Below, piece by piece: positions 1 through 11,223 of a stretch of 64,000 bases of DNA. The translations under genes and the position numbers were made by a program. The notes beneath the pieces are model-generated. The model did no database searches, was not told where the DNA came from, and worked only from the letters and a program-made list of their open reading frames with translations. The stretch is from an uncultured delta proteobacterium (lineage in GTDB: Bacteria > Desulfobacterota > WTBG01), in assembly GCA_963793865.1 (NCBI GenBank), contig CAWCBP010000004.1:224001-288000 (forward strand), in the 5' to 3' direction. The first letter of the stretch is position 1, and the number at the start of each line of letters is the position of its first letter.

Positions 1-915
1 CGGGGCGCGCCGGCCATCGGTGTTGCCGCGGCAATGGGCATCGCCCTGGGGGCACTCAGAATCAAGGCCGGCGGCTATCCAATGATTTCAGGCGGCAGTT
101 CGAGGAAATATGCGGCGATTTCGCCAAAACCAGGCCCACCGCGGTCAACCTCTTCTGGGCCATTGATCATATGAAGCGCCTTGTCGATGCCCACGGCGAC
201 AGCAGCGTTGGGTCGCTGCAGCGGGATGCTCAAAGAGGAAGCGATACGGATGGCCGGGGAGGATATCAGCATCAACCGCCGGATCGGCGCCATGGGCAGA
301 GAGCTCATCAGCAATGGCGACACGGTCATGACCCACTGCAACGCCGGGGCGCTGGCCACTGCCGGATACGGAACCGCCCTCGGGGTCATCAGGGCGGCGC
401 ACGAGGAGGGAAAGAAGATAGCGGTGTTTGCCTGCGAAACCCGCCCCTACCTGCAGGGGGCGCGGCTTACTGCCTGGGAGCTGCATGAGAGCGGCATTCC
501 CGTCACCGTCATAACCGACAGCATGGCCGGCCATGCCATGAGAACAAAAAAGATTGCCCTGGTGATAACCGGCGCAGACTGCGTGTGCGCCAACGGCGAT
601 GTCGCCAACAAAATCGGCACCTATTCCCTGGCGGTGCTCGCCCGCGAACACGGCATCCCTTTTTACGTGGCCGCACCCCTTTCAACCATAAATATGAGCC
701 GTAAAAATGGCGCGGATGTTTCCATCGAGGAGCGGAGCCCCCGGGAAATCACTCACTTCGGTGAAAAAAGGATCGTTCCCGAAGGGGTGAATGTCTGGAA
801 TCCCGCGTTCGACATCACCCCCGCGAAATACCTGAGCGGACTGGTTACCGAAAAGGGAATCATCAGGAAGCCATATAAGCGCAACCTCGCCCGTCTGGCG
901 GGTGCACAGCAATAA
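1..915 (+). CDS. mtnA: S-methyl-5-thioribose-1-phosphate isomerase (5'-partial, frameshifted)
   Basis: [11 protein letters not shown] from base 1, [11 protein letters not shown] in another frame, then [41 protein letters not shown]; two compensating indels in the first ~230 nt. Confidence 0.93.
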
Positions 916-945
916 ATCCCCAAGAGCGAGAGAAGGATACATACC

Positions 946-1863
946 ATGATAGAAAAAACAGGCAAGATCTGGATGGATGGACAACTGGTGGACTGGCACA
1001 AGGCGCAAATCCATGTGCTTACCCACACCCTTCACTACGGGCTGGGCGTGTTCGAAGGCATTCGCTGCTACCGCTGCCATGACGGCAGGTCGGCGATTTT
1101 CAGGCTGCCGGAACATATCAACCGCTTATTTGATTCCGCCCATATCTCACAGATCACCATCCCCTTCAGCCGTGAAGACATGACCAGGGCGGTGATAGAA
1201 ACCATGAAGGTCAACAACTTAAGCGAAGGCTACATCAGGCCCATCGTCTACATCGGAGACGGTGAAATGGGGCTCTATGTCAAGCAATATCCGGTGCGGG
1301 TGGCGATTGCCTGCTGGGCATGGGGCGCATACCTGGGGGACGAGGGGCTTAAACGGGGGATCCGGGCAAAGATATCCTCCTTCACCCGCATCCACGTCAA
1401 CACCTTCATGACCAAGGCCAAGATCTGCGGCAACTATGTCAATTCCATCATGGCCAAGAAAGAGGTGACCGCCATGGGTTACGATGAGGCCATTCTCCTT
1501 GACACCGAAGGCTACGTGTGTGAGGCGAGCGGGGAGAACATTTTTATCGTCAAGGACGGAGCAATAAAAACCCCGCCTCCCACCGCCATTCTCAAGGGGA
1601 TAACCAGGGACGCCGTTTTTACCATCGCCCGCGACAGAAAGATAATTGTGGATGAGCACCGCTTTACCCGGGATGAGCTTTACACGGCCGATGAAGCGTT
1701 CTTTACCGGCACCGCTGCCGAAATAACGCCCATCAGGGAAGTCGACAACCGCACTATCGGCAAAGGTGAGCGGGGACCCGTGACCGCCGCCGTTCAAAGC
1801 GCGTTTTTCGACATCGTGCAGGGCAAGGATGACCGCTATAAATCCTGGTTGACCTATCTCTGA
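946..1863 (+). CDS. ilvE: branched-chain amino acid aminotransferase
   Basis: [43 protein letters not shown]: fold-type IV PLP enzyme. Confidence 0.95.
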   Translation: MIEKTGKIWMDGQLVDWHKAQIHVLTHTLHYGLGVFEGIRCYRCHDGRSAIFRLPEHINRLFDSAHISQITIPFSREDMTRAVIETMKVNNLSEGYIRPIVYIGDGEMGLYVKQYPVRVAIACWAWGAYLGDEGLKRGIRAKISSFTRIHVNTFMTKAKICGNYVNSIMAKKEVTAMGYDEAILLDTEGYVCEASGENIFIVKDGAIKTPPPTAILKGITRDAVFTIARDRKIIVDEHRFTRDELYTADEAFFTGTAAEITPIREVDNRTIGKGERGPVTAAVQSAFFDIVQGKDDRYKSWLTYL

Positions 1864-1878
1864 GAACTTCCGCCGCCA

Positions 1879-2491
1879 ATGAAAGAGGACTTAGCCGGAG
1901 AAAAAAGGGCCCTGCGGAAAAGAATCCTTGCTCTGCGGGATGCCCTCTCCCTTGATGAACGGCAGCAAAAAAGCAACGCCATCCAGTCCCTGCATTTTTT
2001 CTCTTCCTGAGTTTGCCGCAGCTCAGAGGTTTGCTCTCTTTGTCTCTTGCAGGTCAGAAGTCCTTACCGAGCCCATTATCCGCAAGTCGCTTTCCCTATC
2101 AAAAGTGATAGCCGTACCCATCACCGATCTCCCCCGAAAGCAGCTTCTTCTTTCACGCATCACCGATTACGATAATGACCTTGCCCCCGGCACATGGGGT
2201 ATTCCGGAACCGAAACCCGACCGCGTGCGCCCGATGGCGCTGAATGAGCCGGATATTATCATAACACCGGGGGTTGCTTTTGACCGGAAGGGATGGAGGA
2301 TTGGATACGGGGGCGGATTTTATGACGGGTTGCTCAGGTCCATGCCCGTGAGAAAACCGGTCGTTGCCCTCGCCTTCGCTCTGCAGATTGTTGATAGCGT
2401 CCCCTTTGACCCTACCCTTGACGAGCCGGTTGACATCATCATCACCGAGGATGAAATCATTTATTGCAGGGATGAGAGAGATAACTGCTGA
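1879..2491 (+). CDS. 5-formyltetrahydrofolate cyclo-ligase (YgfA family), frameshift near 1995
   Basis: N-terminal EKRALRKRILALR, then WGIPEP, PGVAFDRKGWRIGYGGGFYD, DEPVDIIITE. Confidence 0.9.
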
Positions 2492-2853
2492 CCGCGGTTA
2501 TTCTAAATTGCTCTCGCTCGAAGAAGAAAGACGCCTCATAGCTAAAGCGAAGCAAGGATGTAAAGCAGAGACCGAAGAACTCATCCTGCGCTATGTTAGC
2601 TTCATAAATTTCCGCCTCCGCAAGAAGGCTTTTCCTGCATATATTGCCCGCTTCGGTGAAGATATTCTTTCCGAAGCGGTTTTTATTTTGTATGACAAAA
2701 TCAAGAGCTATGACCTCGGCTACCGGGATAAGAATGGCGATTTGAAGCCGGTCAAATTTTCCTCATACATCTGGAAGCGGATCGACGGCTTCATTCTGGA
2801 TTCTTGAAAAGAGAATTGGCACGGGAGAGGCGTGAGGCAAGCCTTGACGGGTG
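2472..2853 (+). CDS. small sigma70 region 1.2/2-only protein
   Basis: LLSLEEERRLIAKAKQG...EELILRY...EDILSEA...KSYD...KFSSYIWKRI; stop at 2807 as written, or 2853 if a one-base indel is corrected; no room for regions 3/4. Confidence 0.65.
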
Positions 2854-2859
2854 AGGTTT

Positions 2860-4832
2860 TTATTCCTTGAAACACTCGAAGATGGCTCTTGTGGTTTCTT
2901 CTGTTGCCGCTCCGCCGGTGTCCGCATCAATCTGCCTGAAGACAATTCCCTGCGGCACCGGGAAAACCTGCACCCCGGTGCCTTGCAGGACTTCCTGCAT
3001 GAAGCGCAGCCATATGGGGCTTGCCGCCACCGCTCCCGTCTCGCGCTTCCCCAGCGGCTTTTCAATGTCGTAGCCGACCCAGGTTCCCGCAATCAGCTCA
3101 GGCGTATACCCGATAAACCAGGCATCGCGCATATCATTGGTGGTGCCGGTTTTCGCGGCGCAGGGACGGTTGAGCGCACGCACGCCCCTGCCCGTACCTT
3201 CCTCCACCACGCTTTGCAGCAGGCTGGTCATCAGGTAGGCGGTCTTGGGGCTTATGACCTGGCTGAGCCGGGGCTTGTTTTCCTCCAGGACATTTCCATG
3301 GCGATCAAGGATCCTGGTTATAAAGAGCGGCTCGGCTTTCAACCCCTGGCTGGCGAAGACCGCGTACGCCCGCGTGAGCTCCAGCAGGGACACGCCCGAA
3401 GAGCCGAGCGCGAGGGTGAGATTGGGCTCAAGCGGTGAGCTGATGCCCAGCTTTCTCGCGTACTTTATGGCGTAGCTCACGCCGATATCCTGTAAAATTT
3501 TTATGGTTATGATGTTGCGTGAATGGCTGAGCGCATGCCTGAAGGTAACCGGGCCTTCGAACTCCCGGTCAAAATTCTTGGGTTCCCAGAACGGCTGCTT
3601 CCCCCGCGAAGGAAAGATGATGGGCGCGTCAATGATGATAGAGGACGTGGTATAGGCCTTGTCCAGCGCCGCCGCGTACACGATGGGCTTGAAAGCAGAA
3701 CCGGGCTGACGCCGGGCCTGGGTGGCGCGGTTAAACTGGTTTTCAAGAAAACGCAATCCCCCGACCAGCGCCTTTACCTTGCCTGTGCGGGGCTCCATGG
3801 CAACCAGGGCACCCTGCACCCTGGGTTCCCCCTTTTTGACGCCCTGCCGCTTTTCAAAAGCCTTCAGGCCGGCTTCCACCGCTTTCTGGGCGGCATCCTG
3901 CATGAGCAGATTTACCGAGGTATACACCTTGAGACCTTCACCATAGAGCGCCGCGTTGCCGTATGTCGTCTGCAGATACTGCCGCACATGTTCAGCGATA
4001 TAAGGGGCAACGGTGATGTTTTTGTTATCGGGGGGCACGATCTTGAGAGGATAGTCCAAAGCCGCCGTGGCTTCGTCTTTGGTGATGTATCCGCTCTCCG
4101 CCATCCGCTCCAGGACATACTGCTGGCGTTGCCTGGCCTTGTCCATGTGGCGGATGGGCGAGTAGGCGCTCGGCGCCTTGGGCAGCCCCGCGAGGAGTGC
4201 CGACTCAGCCAGGTTGAGATCGGCCGCTGACTTGTTGAAATACGTTTGTGCCGCCGCCTCAACCCCGTACGATCGCTGCCCAAGGTAAATCTGGTTCAGG
4301 TATATGGTAAGAATGTCAGCCTTGCTTAAGGATTTTTCAATGCGGTACGCCAGGATGGCTTCCTTGATCTTTCTGGCATAGCTTTTTTCAGGCGTGAGCA
4401 GGAGCGATTTGGTCACCTGCTGGGTAATGGTGCTCCCTCCCTGGACGATGTCCATGGATCTCAAGTTCCTGATCAGGGCGCGGACGATGCTCAGCAGATC
4501 AATGCCCTGATGCTCGAAAAACCGCTCGTCCTCCGCGGCTATAAAGGCATCGACGAGTACGGGGGGCATCTCCTCCATGGAAATGAGGTATCGCTTCTCG
4601 ATAAAATACTCCGCGATAACCTCCCCGCTTTCAGAGAGCACCTGGGTGACGATTTTCGGCTGGTAGTCCTTGACCGAATTCAGCCGGGGCAGGTCGCTGC
4701 TGAAATAGAGATACAATCCCACCAGCACCAGCACGGGAAGCGCTGCCAGCAAAAAGAGGAGAAAGGTAAGGGGCAGCCACAGCGATTTTTTTTCTTCTTT
4801 TTTCTCGCGGCAGGTTTTGTTTTTGCGCTCAT
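2860..4832 (-). CDS. class A penicillin-binding protein (PBP1A family); frameshift in the N-terminal poly-A tract
   Basis: EDERFFEHQG, QGGSTITQQ, RKIKE transglycosylase motifs; PGSAFK, SRN, KTGT transpeptidase motifs. Confidence 0.93.
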
Positions 4833-4914
4833 GAAAGATTTCTACCCACCTATGAACTGCATGGTCTTAACTGGCTGAAGGATAAAAAACCAGGCCAAAA
4901 CTCTTTGAAATGTC

Positions 4915-5043
4915 GGAAGGAGCGCATTCATGGGCGATACATTCGCGGCTTAAAGCCGCTCCTACCGGCTCTGGGTTTCTCCCCACGGAAGTGGGGATCC
5001 GGTTTTTATGCAAACGTAGGGGCGACCGGCCGGTCGCCTCTAC
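4915..5043. repeat. cluster of REP-like palindromes
   Basis: GGAGCGCATTCATGGGCGAT...CGCGGCTTAAAGCCGCTCCTAC; CCCCACGGAAGTGGGGATCC; GTAGGGGCGACCGGCCGGTCGCCTCTAC; all three types recur at 27772-28022. Confidence 0.8.
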
Positions 5044-5214
5044 GTTACTTGATGCATCAGATTATGAACCCATCCGGAAGGCCAGAGTATACTCCCATAT
5101 CATCATTTCTGCAAGCATTCAGCTCAAACGGCTTGACGAAAAAGAGTGAAGGTAGTATGCATTGACAATACATTGAACAGACCGTTGTAAAATTACATCC
5201 CGAGGAGGAATGCC

Positions 5215-6105
5215 ATGATTCAGTGGACGAAAGAGGCTGAAGAGGCCGTCGAAAAGCTCCCTCTGCCCCCGATGATCAGCGAGTACGCCCGGCTTGAATG
5301 CGAGCGCCTGGCGCGGGTAAAAGGCGTGAAGCAGGTCACCCCGGAGATTGTGGCCGAGGCCGACACGCGCTATGACCTGGCCATCGGCCGCGACGTCATG
5401 CGCAAGCTCCGGGCCATGGCCCGCGGTGAAGGAGACGGGGTGGTAATGCCGGAGGAGTTTTTCGATGAAGGAGGAGGCAAGGAGCTTTTCAATATTGCCC
5501 TCTGCCCCAGCAAGTACGGAGCGGCATCCGATGTAAAAATTGATAACATGAAACGGCTCATCCCTGCCGTCAGGGCAAAATTGAAAGAGCTGAAGGTGAC
5601 CGACCTGATGCTGGAGCTTACCACTACTGCCGTGATGCCCCACTGTGAGTTCAGGGTGAGCGTTTCCGGCTGCACCAATGCCTGTTTTTCCCCTTACTTC
5701 TCCGATTTCGGCATCCTTGGCGTGTACGATGTTGAACTCATCCCTGAACGGTGTACGGGGTGCGGCAAATGCGCGGGCTATTGCAGCCTGGGCGCCATTA
5801 CCATGCGGGATAAGCTCCCCGTCTTCGACAAAAACATCTGCATCCGCTGTGCCGGCTGTGAGGAATTCTGCCCGGAGTCTGCCATCGGGGTTAAAACTAT
5901 GGGGTACAAGGTGGTGGTCGGGGGATCCGGCGCACGCCATCCCCACATCGCCGACACGGTGACCGAGTTTACCGACCTCGAGGGGGTCCTTGCAATACTG
6001 GATAAGACTATTGCCCTGGTGCGGGCAAATGCAAAGCAGTCCATGCGTGTTTTCACCCTGCGGAAGCTGATCGCCCGGACCGGCGTTGACGGGCTTCGGC
6101 CATAG
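5215..6105 (+). CDS. nitrite/sulfite-reductase-like 4Fe-4S dicluster protein
   Basis: SVSGCTNAC, CTGCGKCAGYC, CIRCAGCEEFCP; N-terminal WTKEAEEAVEKLP resembles the PCP_red domain. Confidence 0.75.
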   Translation: MIQWTKEAEEAVEKLPLPPMISEYARLECERLARVKGVKQVTPEIVAEADTRYDLAIGRDVMRKLRAMARGEGDGVVMPEEFFDEGGGKELFNIALCPSKYGAASDVKIDNMKRLIPAVRAKLKELKVTDLMLELTTTAVMPHCEFRVSVSGCTNACFSPYFSDFGILGVYDVELIPERCTGCGKCAGYCSLGAITMRDKLPVFDKNICIRCAGCEEFCPESAIGVKTMGYKVVVGGSGARHPHIADTVTEFTDLEGVLAILDKTIALVRANAKQSMRVFTLRKLIARTGVDGLRP

Positions 6106-6141
6106 TTCCTGTCGCCTAAACCATTTTACCATGGGTACGCT

Positions 6142-7179
6142 ATGAGAAAAGTCAGATTGGGAAGAACCAACCTTCAGGTCACCCGCTGGGCATTGGGCGG
6201 CATACCGCTTTCCACGGTGATGGGCGGCAGGGATGAAGAGACCATCAACCGGGTGCTCAATGCCGCCCTTGATTATGGAATAAACTTTATTGACACCTCG
6301 CGGGTGTATATGGATTCCGAGGCAAACATCGGCGAGGTGATGAAAACCAGGAGAAAGGACTGCTTTATCGCCAGCAAATCTCACAGCCGGGAGTATGGCG
6401 CGGTCATGGCGGATTTGGAAGAAAGCCTGAAGGCCTTGGAGACAGACCGGATCGACATCTACCAGGTGCATGAGCTTTATCCGGGGGAAATCGATGCGGT
6501 GATGAAAAAAGGCGGGGCGCTGGATGCTTTCAAAAAAGCCCGTGAGCAGGGCATGATTGATTTTATAGGCTTAACCAGCCATCATGTGAGCGTTATGCTC
6601 CAACTGGTCAAAACCGGGGAGTTCGACACGGTGATGTTTCCCTTTAACGTGATCGAGCGGGAGCCGGAGAAGGAGTTGCTGGCCCTCGCCAGAACCAAAG
6701 ACGTCGGCACCCTGGTGATGAAGCCGCTGGCAGGGGGTGTATTTACCAATATTGAAAAGTGCTTTAAATTTCTCAACGGCTACCCTGTGGATGTGATCCT
6801 CAACGGCGTTGCCAGCCTCGAGGAATTAACGGAAGATCTGAAATTCGCGGATGGCACTGAGCCGCTCACGGCTCAGGAACTGAAAGACTTCGAGGCGGAG
6901 GTCGCACCCCTGGGCAGGGATTTCTGCCGGCGCTGCAGCTACTGCATGCCCTGCCCCAATGACATTCTTATTCCAATAATGATCAATCTGCTCTACCCGC
7001 AGGTCAGGGGGCGCCGCTACCGGGACCTTACCGACAAGCAGAAAAAGCTGGGTAACAATCTCATGGTGTGGTGGCAGGCCTGCGTGGAGTGCGGCCGGTG
7101 CGAAGAAAAGTGCCCCTACAATCTTCCCCTCATCAAGCGCAAGCAGGAACTGATGGAGATCTTCTCCGAAGGGGAATAG
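6142..7179 (+). CDS. aldo/keto reductase with C-terminal 4Fe-4S domain
   Basis: GINFIDTSRVY, IASK, LETDRIDIYQVH, MKPLAGG; CRRCSYCMPCP and CVECGRCEEKCP. Confidence 0.9.
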   Translation: MRKVRLGRTNLQVTRWALGGIPLSTVMGGRDEETINRVLNAALDYGINFIDTSRVYMDSEANIGEVMKTRRKDCFIASKSHSREYGAVMADLEESLKALETDRIDIYQVHELYPGEIDAVMKKGGALDAFKKAREQGMIDFIGLTSHHVSVMLQLVKTGEFDTVMFPFNVIEREPEKELLALARTKDVGTLVMKPLAGGVFTNIEKCFKFLNGYPVDVILNGVASLEELTEDLKFADGTEPLTAQELKDFEAEVAPLGRDFCRRCSYCMPCPNDILIPIMINLLYPQVRGRRYRDLTDKQKKLGNNLMVWWQACVECGRCEEKCPYNLPLIKRKQELMEIFSEGE

Positions 7180-7500
7180 GAGAATTTCTCCATCTTCAGA
7201 CCCAACACATTTTTGCTCCTTAAGCACGTACGACGCGACTACCCTTTCCTCCATCCCGATCCATTATTGCTTGTAAATCCGGAATGATACCGTGCTGAGC
7301 GGCACCTGTATTTTTTAACTTGACTTTTATTATCAGGTAGAATATGGCAGTTATAGCGCCATTGTAATTTAAAGTCATACAAAGATTATGTTTGGCTCTC
7401 TTGCTCCACAAAACATCTCATATGAAAGGAGGTGAATACAGAGAGGAATTCCTAAAGCAGAAGTTCATAAACGTAAATGTAAATGAAGGGGGGATTGTGT

Positions 7501-9696
7501 ATGAATCTTAAAGAGTCAAGTATCTTCAAGTTAGTTCTGCTGGTAGGTGTTGCAGTAGCAATGATGGGGATAAGCGGCTGCATAAACGGAGAGGAGGTTG
7601 TTGACATTACCACCATGACTCCTGAGCAGCGGGCTGCTATAATCGGCCTGAACATACCGCAGGACAGCATTAAAGTTGCCATTGGGAGGACCACCGATGT
7701 TTCCTTTGCGGTCACCGATGCTTATAATCGTCCTGTCGTCGGCATCGAAACCCTGATTGCAGAGGATGACCGTTTTGTGCGCTTTACCCTGGTTAAGCTG
7801 GTGGGCGGCACCAATGGAGATCCGGATTCGTGGTTCAGCTATATACGCGAAGAGGGCGTCCCAACCTATGACAGTCCACGCCAAGGTGGTATTCTGACGG
7901 CCAATCGCGACAATACCTACACCTACACTTTTGCCTATGATGTTGAAGCTGACGCGGCCTTTGAAAGGACAGTCACCCATCGCCTGGGCGGCCAGATGGG
8001 TAACGCGGATGCCGGTCTTACTGCGCTGAATGTCGTCTATGACTTCGTGCCCGACAGAAGTCCTGTTGCCAATACCCGGGATATTTCCCTGACTTCATCC
8101 TGTAATGAATGCCACGGCCGTCTCGTCGTTCATGGCCGTCGTTATGAGGTTGGCTACTGTGTTACCTGCCACAACCCGGATTGTGTCGTTGACGGCGAGT
8201 CTTTTGACATGGCTATCATGACCCACAAGATCCATGCCAGTGATCCTGAATATCTTGGCGGTGAATTTGCCGAGGTTACCTATCCGCAGGACCTGCTCAA
8301 CTGCAGAAAATGCCATGACGGCGCTGACGCAGGAACTCCGCAGGGCGATAACTGGAAAAACAAGCCGTCCATAGACGCCTGCGGCTCCTGTCATACCGGT
8401 GTAAACTTTGCAACCGGTGAAGGACACGTAGCACAGTCCAACAATTCAGCCTGTGCAACCTGTCATAACGCCGAATCGATCGAGGCAAATCATCTGACAG
8501 CGAATGCAACCCCCAACAATCCCAACCTCCCGGCCGGCGTGCCGGAGATGGCGTATGCCATAAGCGAAGTGAGCGTTGCCGGAAACGGCGCTCCGACCAT
8601 CACCTTCGCCATAACTGCCGACGGGAGCCTGGTTGACGTGAACAATCTGCCCGCAGGTTTTTCCGGTTCTCCGAGCTTTCTGCTCGCCTGGGCCTTGCCG
8701 CAGGACGGGATAGCAGTGCCGTCTGATTATAATAATCTCGGCAGGAAAGCGGCCCAGCCCATCTCCGTTAGCATTGCTGACATTGCCGCAGGAGATAAGG
8801 GTTCAGTGACCTGTTCGGGGAGTTCATGTACTGCAACCCTTACCGACACGTTCCCGTCCGGTGCCGTGATGCGCGCCGTCGGCTTGAACGGCTATTACTC
8901 GATCGACACCACCGGCGACGGTGAGTCCGATTACTCGCTCCATGCGCCTTCGGTGGTTGCGCCGGTGCCTGGTGACGAGATAAGGCGCACCGTAATAGAT
9001 ATCGATAAATGCTTCAACTGCCACGAGTGGTTTGAAGCTCACGGCGGAAACAGGGTCCTCAACATGGAAATCTGCGTCCTGTGCCATGTACCCAACCTGA
9101 GCAGCAGTGGCCGGGAAATAACTGAGCCGTCTGATGAAATCGTAGCGGAGCTCGGTCCCAACACCCTGAGCTATCCTGAGGCCACTCAAAACATGAAGGA
9201 AATGATCCATGGCATACATGCATCCGGTGTGCGGACGACGGATTATGAGCATGTCCGCAACCGGAACGACGGCTTATACTACAACTGGTCCGAAGTTACC
9301 TTCCCGACCGAAGCCGGCAACTGTCTGGCATGCCATATTGACGCAACTGAGGATCTGCCCGCCACCTATCAGCTCCCACTGGTTGAAAATGTACTGATGA
9401 CAATCAATCGGACTACGGGAGTTGCCGATGGAATGGATGCCACCCCTGATGATGTGGCCATAGCCCGCGAAAACGTACCCAATGATACTGATTGGGTCAT
9501 TACGCCAATTGCCGGTACATGCTACTCCTGCCATGACAGTGCAGAAACTGTTACTCATATGGAAGGTAACGGCGGGGCTGTTAACCAGAATCGCTCAACA
9601 GTGCTGGCATCAAGCACTGCCGAAAGCTGCGCTATATGTCATGGTATAGGCTCTTCCCAGGACGTGGCTGTAGTCCATACGGGACTGAATAACTAG
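7501..9696 (+). CDS. OmcA/MtrC-family decaheme c-type cytochrome lipoprotein
   Basis: Ten CxxCH motifs in two groups of five (CNECH, CVTCH, CRKCH, CGSCH, CATCH; CFNCH, CVLCH, CLACH, CYSCH, CAICH), HG(R/G) and HKIH/HGIH distal motifs, lipobox-like ISGC. Confidence 0.9.
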   Translation: MNLKESSIFKLVLLVGVAVAMMGISGCINGEEVVDITTMTPEQRAAIIGLNIPQDSIKVAIGRTTDVSFAVTDAYNRPVVGIETLIAEDDRFVRFTLVKLVGGTNGDPDSWFSYIREEGVPTYDSPRQGGILTANRDNTYTYTFAYDVEADAAFERTVTHRLGGQMGNADAGLTALNVVYDFVPDRSPVANTRDISLTSSCNECHGRLVVHGRRYEVGYCVTCHNPDCVVDGESFDMAIMTHKIHASDPEYLGGEFAEVTYPQDLLNCRKCHDGADAGTPQGDNWKNKPSIDACGSCHTGVNFATGEGHVAQSNNSACATCHNAESIEANHLTANATPNNPNLPAGVPEMAYAISEVSVAGNGAPTITFAITADGSLVDVNNLPAGFSGSPSFLLAWALPQDGIAVPSDYNNLGRKAAQPISVSIADIAAGDKGSVTCSGSSCTATLTDTFPSGAVMRAVGLNGYYSIDTTGDGESDYSLHAPSVVAPVPGDEIRRTVIDIDKCFNCHEWFEAHGGNRVLNMEICVLCHVPNLSSSGREITEPSDEIVAELGPNTLSYPEATQNMKEMIHGIHASGVRTTDYEHVRNRNDGLYYNWSEVTFPTEAGNCLACHIDATEDLPATYQLPLVENVLMTINRTTGVADGMDATPDDVAIARENVPNDTDWVITPIAGTCYSCHDSAETVTHMEGNGGAVNQNRSTVLASSTAESCAICHGIGSSQDVAVVHTGLNN

Positions 9697-9737
9697 CTCA
9701 TACTATCCGGGTTGCATGCGCAACCCGCCGGAACAGA

Positions 9738-9773
9738 AGAGCCCCTGACGCTAACATCAGGGGCTCTTTCTTT
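9738..9773 (+). terminator. intrinsic terminator
   Basis: AGAGCCCCTGA / TCAGGGGCTCT stem followed by TTCTTT. Confidence 0.8.
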
Positions 9774-9816
9774 CCCAAACATCTCCCGCTATGCAGGTAC
9801 TCGCTATAATAATATT

Positions 9817-10692
9817 CTACCGGATCTTTGATTCAGGGCTTACGCCCGCATCCAGAATGACGATTTCAACCCGCCGGTTCTGCTGGCGTCCCGCCTCGGT
9901 ATTATTGCCCGCCACCGGATAATCCTTCCCATATCCCTTGGTAACAATGCGGCCGATTTCAATTCCCCTTTGTATGAGCGCGATGCGCACCGCATCCGCC
10001 CGCCGCTGGGAAAGTTCCAGATTATAGGCCGATGAGCCGATGCTGTCGGTATATCCTTCTATCAGGACGCTTCGCTCGGGATGTTTGTCCAGAAAGGTGG
10101 TGAGCTGATCCATGGTACGATACGCACCCGGCATCAGTTCCGCCTTGTTAAATTCAAACAGCACGTCCCCCAGGGTCAGAACATAACCCCGGTCCGTCAT
10201 TTTGGCATTGAGATCAGAGAGTTCCTTTTCGAGCTCCTGGGTTCTGGCGGCGGCCAGTGCTGCCTCTGCGCGCGCCCTTTCCACCTCCGTGCGGGCCCGC
10301 TCGACTTCACTTGCTTTTTTTTCAATTTCCGCTCCCCGGGCATCGAGCAGTATTTTGTCTTTCTCCTTTGCCAGTTTTTCCGTTTCCTTCTTTGCTGCGC
10401 GCTGTGCCGCCGCGGCAACCGCGATCTGTGAACGCCGTTCCGCGAGGTAGGCGAGGTGCTTCAGGTCCTCAACATTTTCCGCGCCCTCTGCCTGGCGCAG
10501 CGCCTGCTCGGCATCATACATTTCCACCGGAGCGTTTTCGCTGACCCCGGCTTGTGCCTGGGCATCTTTGAAGGCGTTCTGCGCGCGGAGCAGATCCGGA
10601 TGGTTCGCGGGAATGCCCCCGCATCCCCACAAGAGAACAGAAACTGCAGCAGTAACCATGAACCATCGTACAGGTTTATAAAAATATATCAT
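9817..10692 (-). CDS. OmpA-family lipoprotein with N-terminal DUF4398-like helix
   Basis: LWGC lipobox; DVLFEFNKAEL, EGYTDSIGSSAYNLELSQRRA, GRQQNRRVEI. Confidence 0.9.
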   Translation of the reverse strand: MIYFYKPVRWFMVTAAVSVLLWGCGGIPANHPDLLRAQNAFKDAQAQAGVSENAPVEMYDAEQALRQAEGAENVEDLKHLAYLAERRSQIAVAAAAQRAAKKETEKLAKEKDKILLDARGAEIEKKASEVERARTEVERARAEAALAAARTQELEKELSDLNAKMTDRGYVLTLGDVLFEFNKAELMPGAYRTMDQLTTFLDKHPERSVLIEGYTDSIGSSAYNLELSQRRADAVRIALIQRGIEIGRIVTKGYGKDYPVAGNNTEAGRQQNRRVEIVILDAGVSPESKIR

Positions 10693-10716
10693 CGTAAGTC
10701 CTCCCTGGCAGTTGTA

Positions 10717-11106
10717 TTATCGGGATTGATTTTGTATGCGCTTCAGCTCAGATTGCAGGGCCTCGACGCTTTCACGCAGCTTTTGGGCCTCTTTTCCCGT
10801 CTGGGCTGACAGCGCTTTTTCTTCCGCCAGCTTGGCATCCAGCAGGGCCTCATCGATAAGCCGGTTGGCTGTCTCATAGTTCTCGTCCTTTACGGCCGCC
10901 TGCGCCAATTTATATTTGTCCTCGGCGAATCGAAGCTCAAGCGGCGCATATACGATGGCTTCGGCCTGACGCGCCGAGGCAATCTGCGAATCCAGTTTGG
11001 CCATTTTCTCGACCGGGGCGACACCGGCACAACCGCCCGCCAGGGCCACGAACAAAATCAGGACACCTGCCATCCATATTCTTTTCTTCAAATCTGCGGC
11101 ACCCAT
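10717..11106 (-). CDS. DUF4398-like lipoprotein
   Basis: AGGC lipobox, YAPLELRFAEDK helical pattern, directly upstream of the OmpA protein. Confidence 0.75.
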   Translation of the reverse strand: MGAADLKKRIWMAGVLILFVALAGGCAGVAPVEKMAKLDSQIASARQAEAIVYAPLELRFAEDKYKLAQAAVKDENYETANRLIDEALLDAKLAEEKALSAQTGKEAQKLRESVEALQSELKRIQNQSR

Positions 11107-11223
11107 CGGATACTCCTTTCCTCAATGAGATTGAGACTAACTCATCAGCCGGCATTATCTTAATAAGGGATATTGATACATGTCAAGCTTTTCCTGTCCG
11201 ATCACACCCGAGCCCTGCCTTAG

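Noticed and set aside
1864..1878. 6S RNA upstream of the 5-formyl-THF cyclo-ligase gene
   Set aside because: Only 15 bp separate ilvE from the cyclo-ligase start
5119..6471. Long antisense ORFs (for example 450 aa here and 315 aa at 18533-19480)
   Set aside because: They overlap well-supported genes on the opposite strand and have no recognisable motifs
7424..7470. Strong AAAGGAGGTGA Shine-Dalgarno upstream of the decaheme gene, suggesting a leader peptide
   Set aside because: No standard start codon at suitable spacing; function cannot be supported from sequence alone
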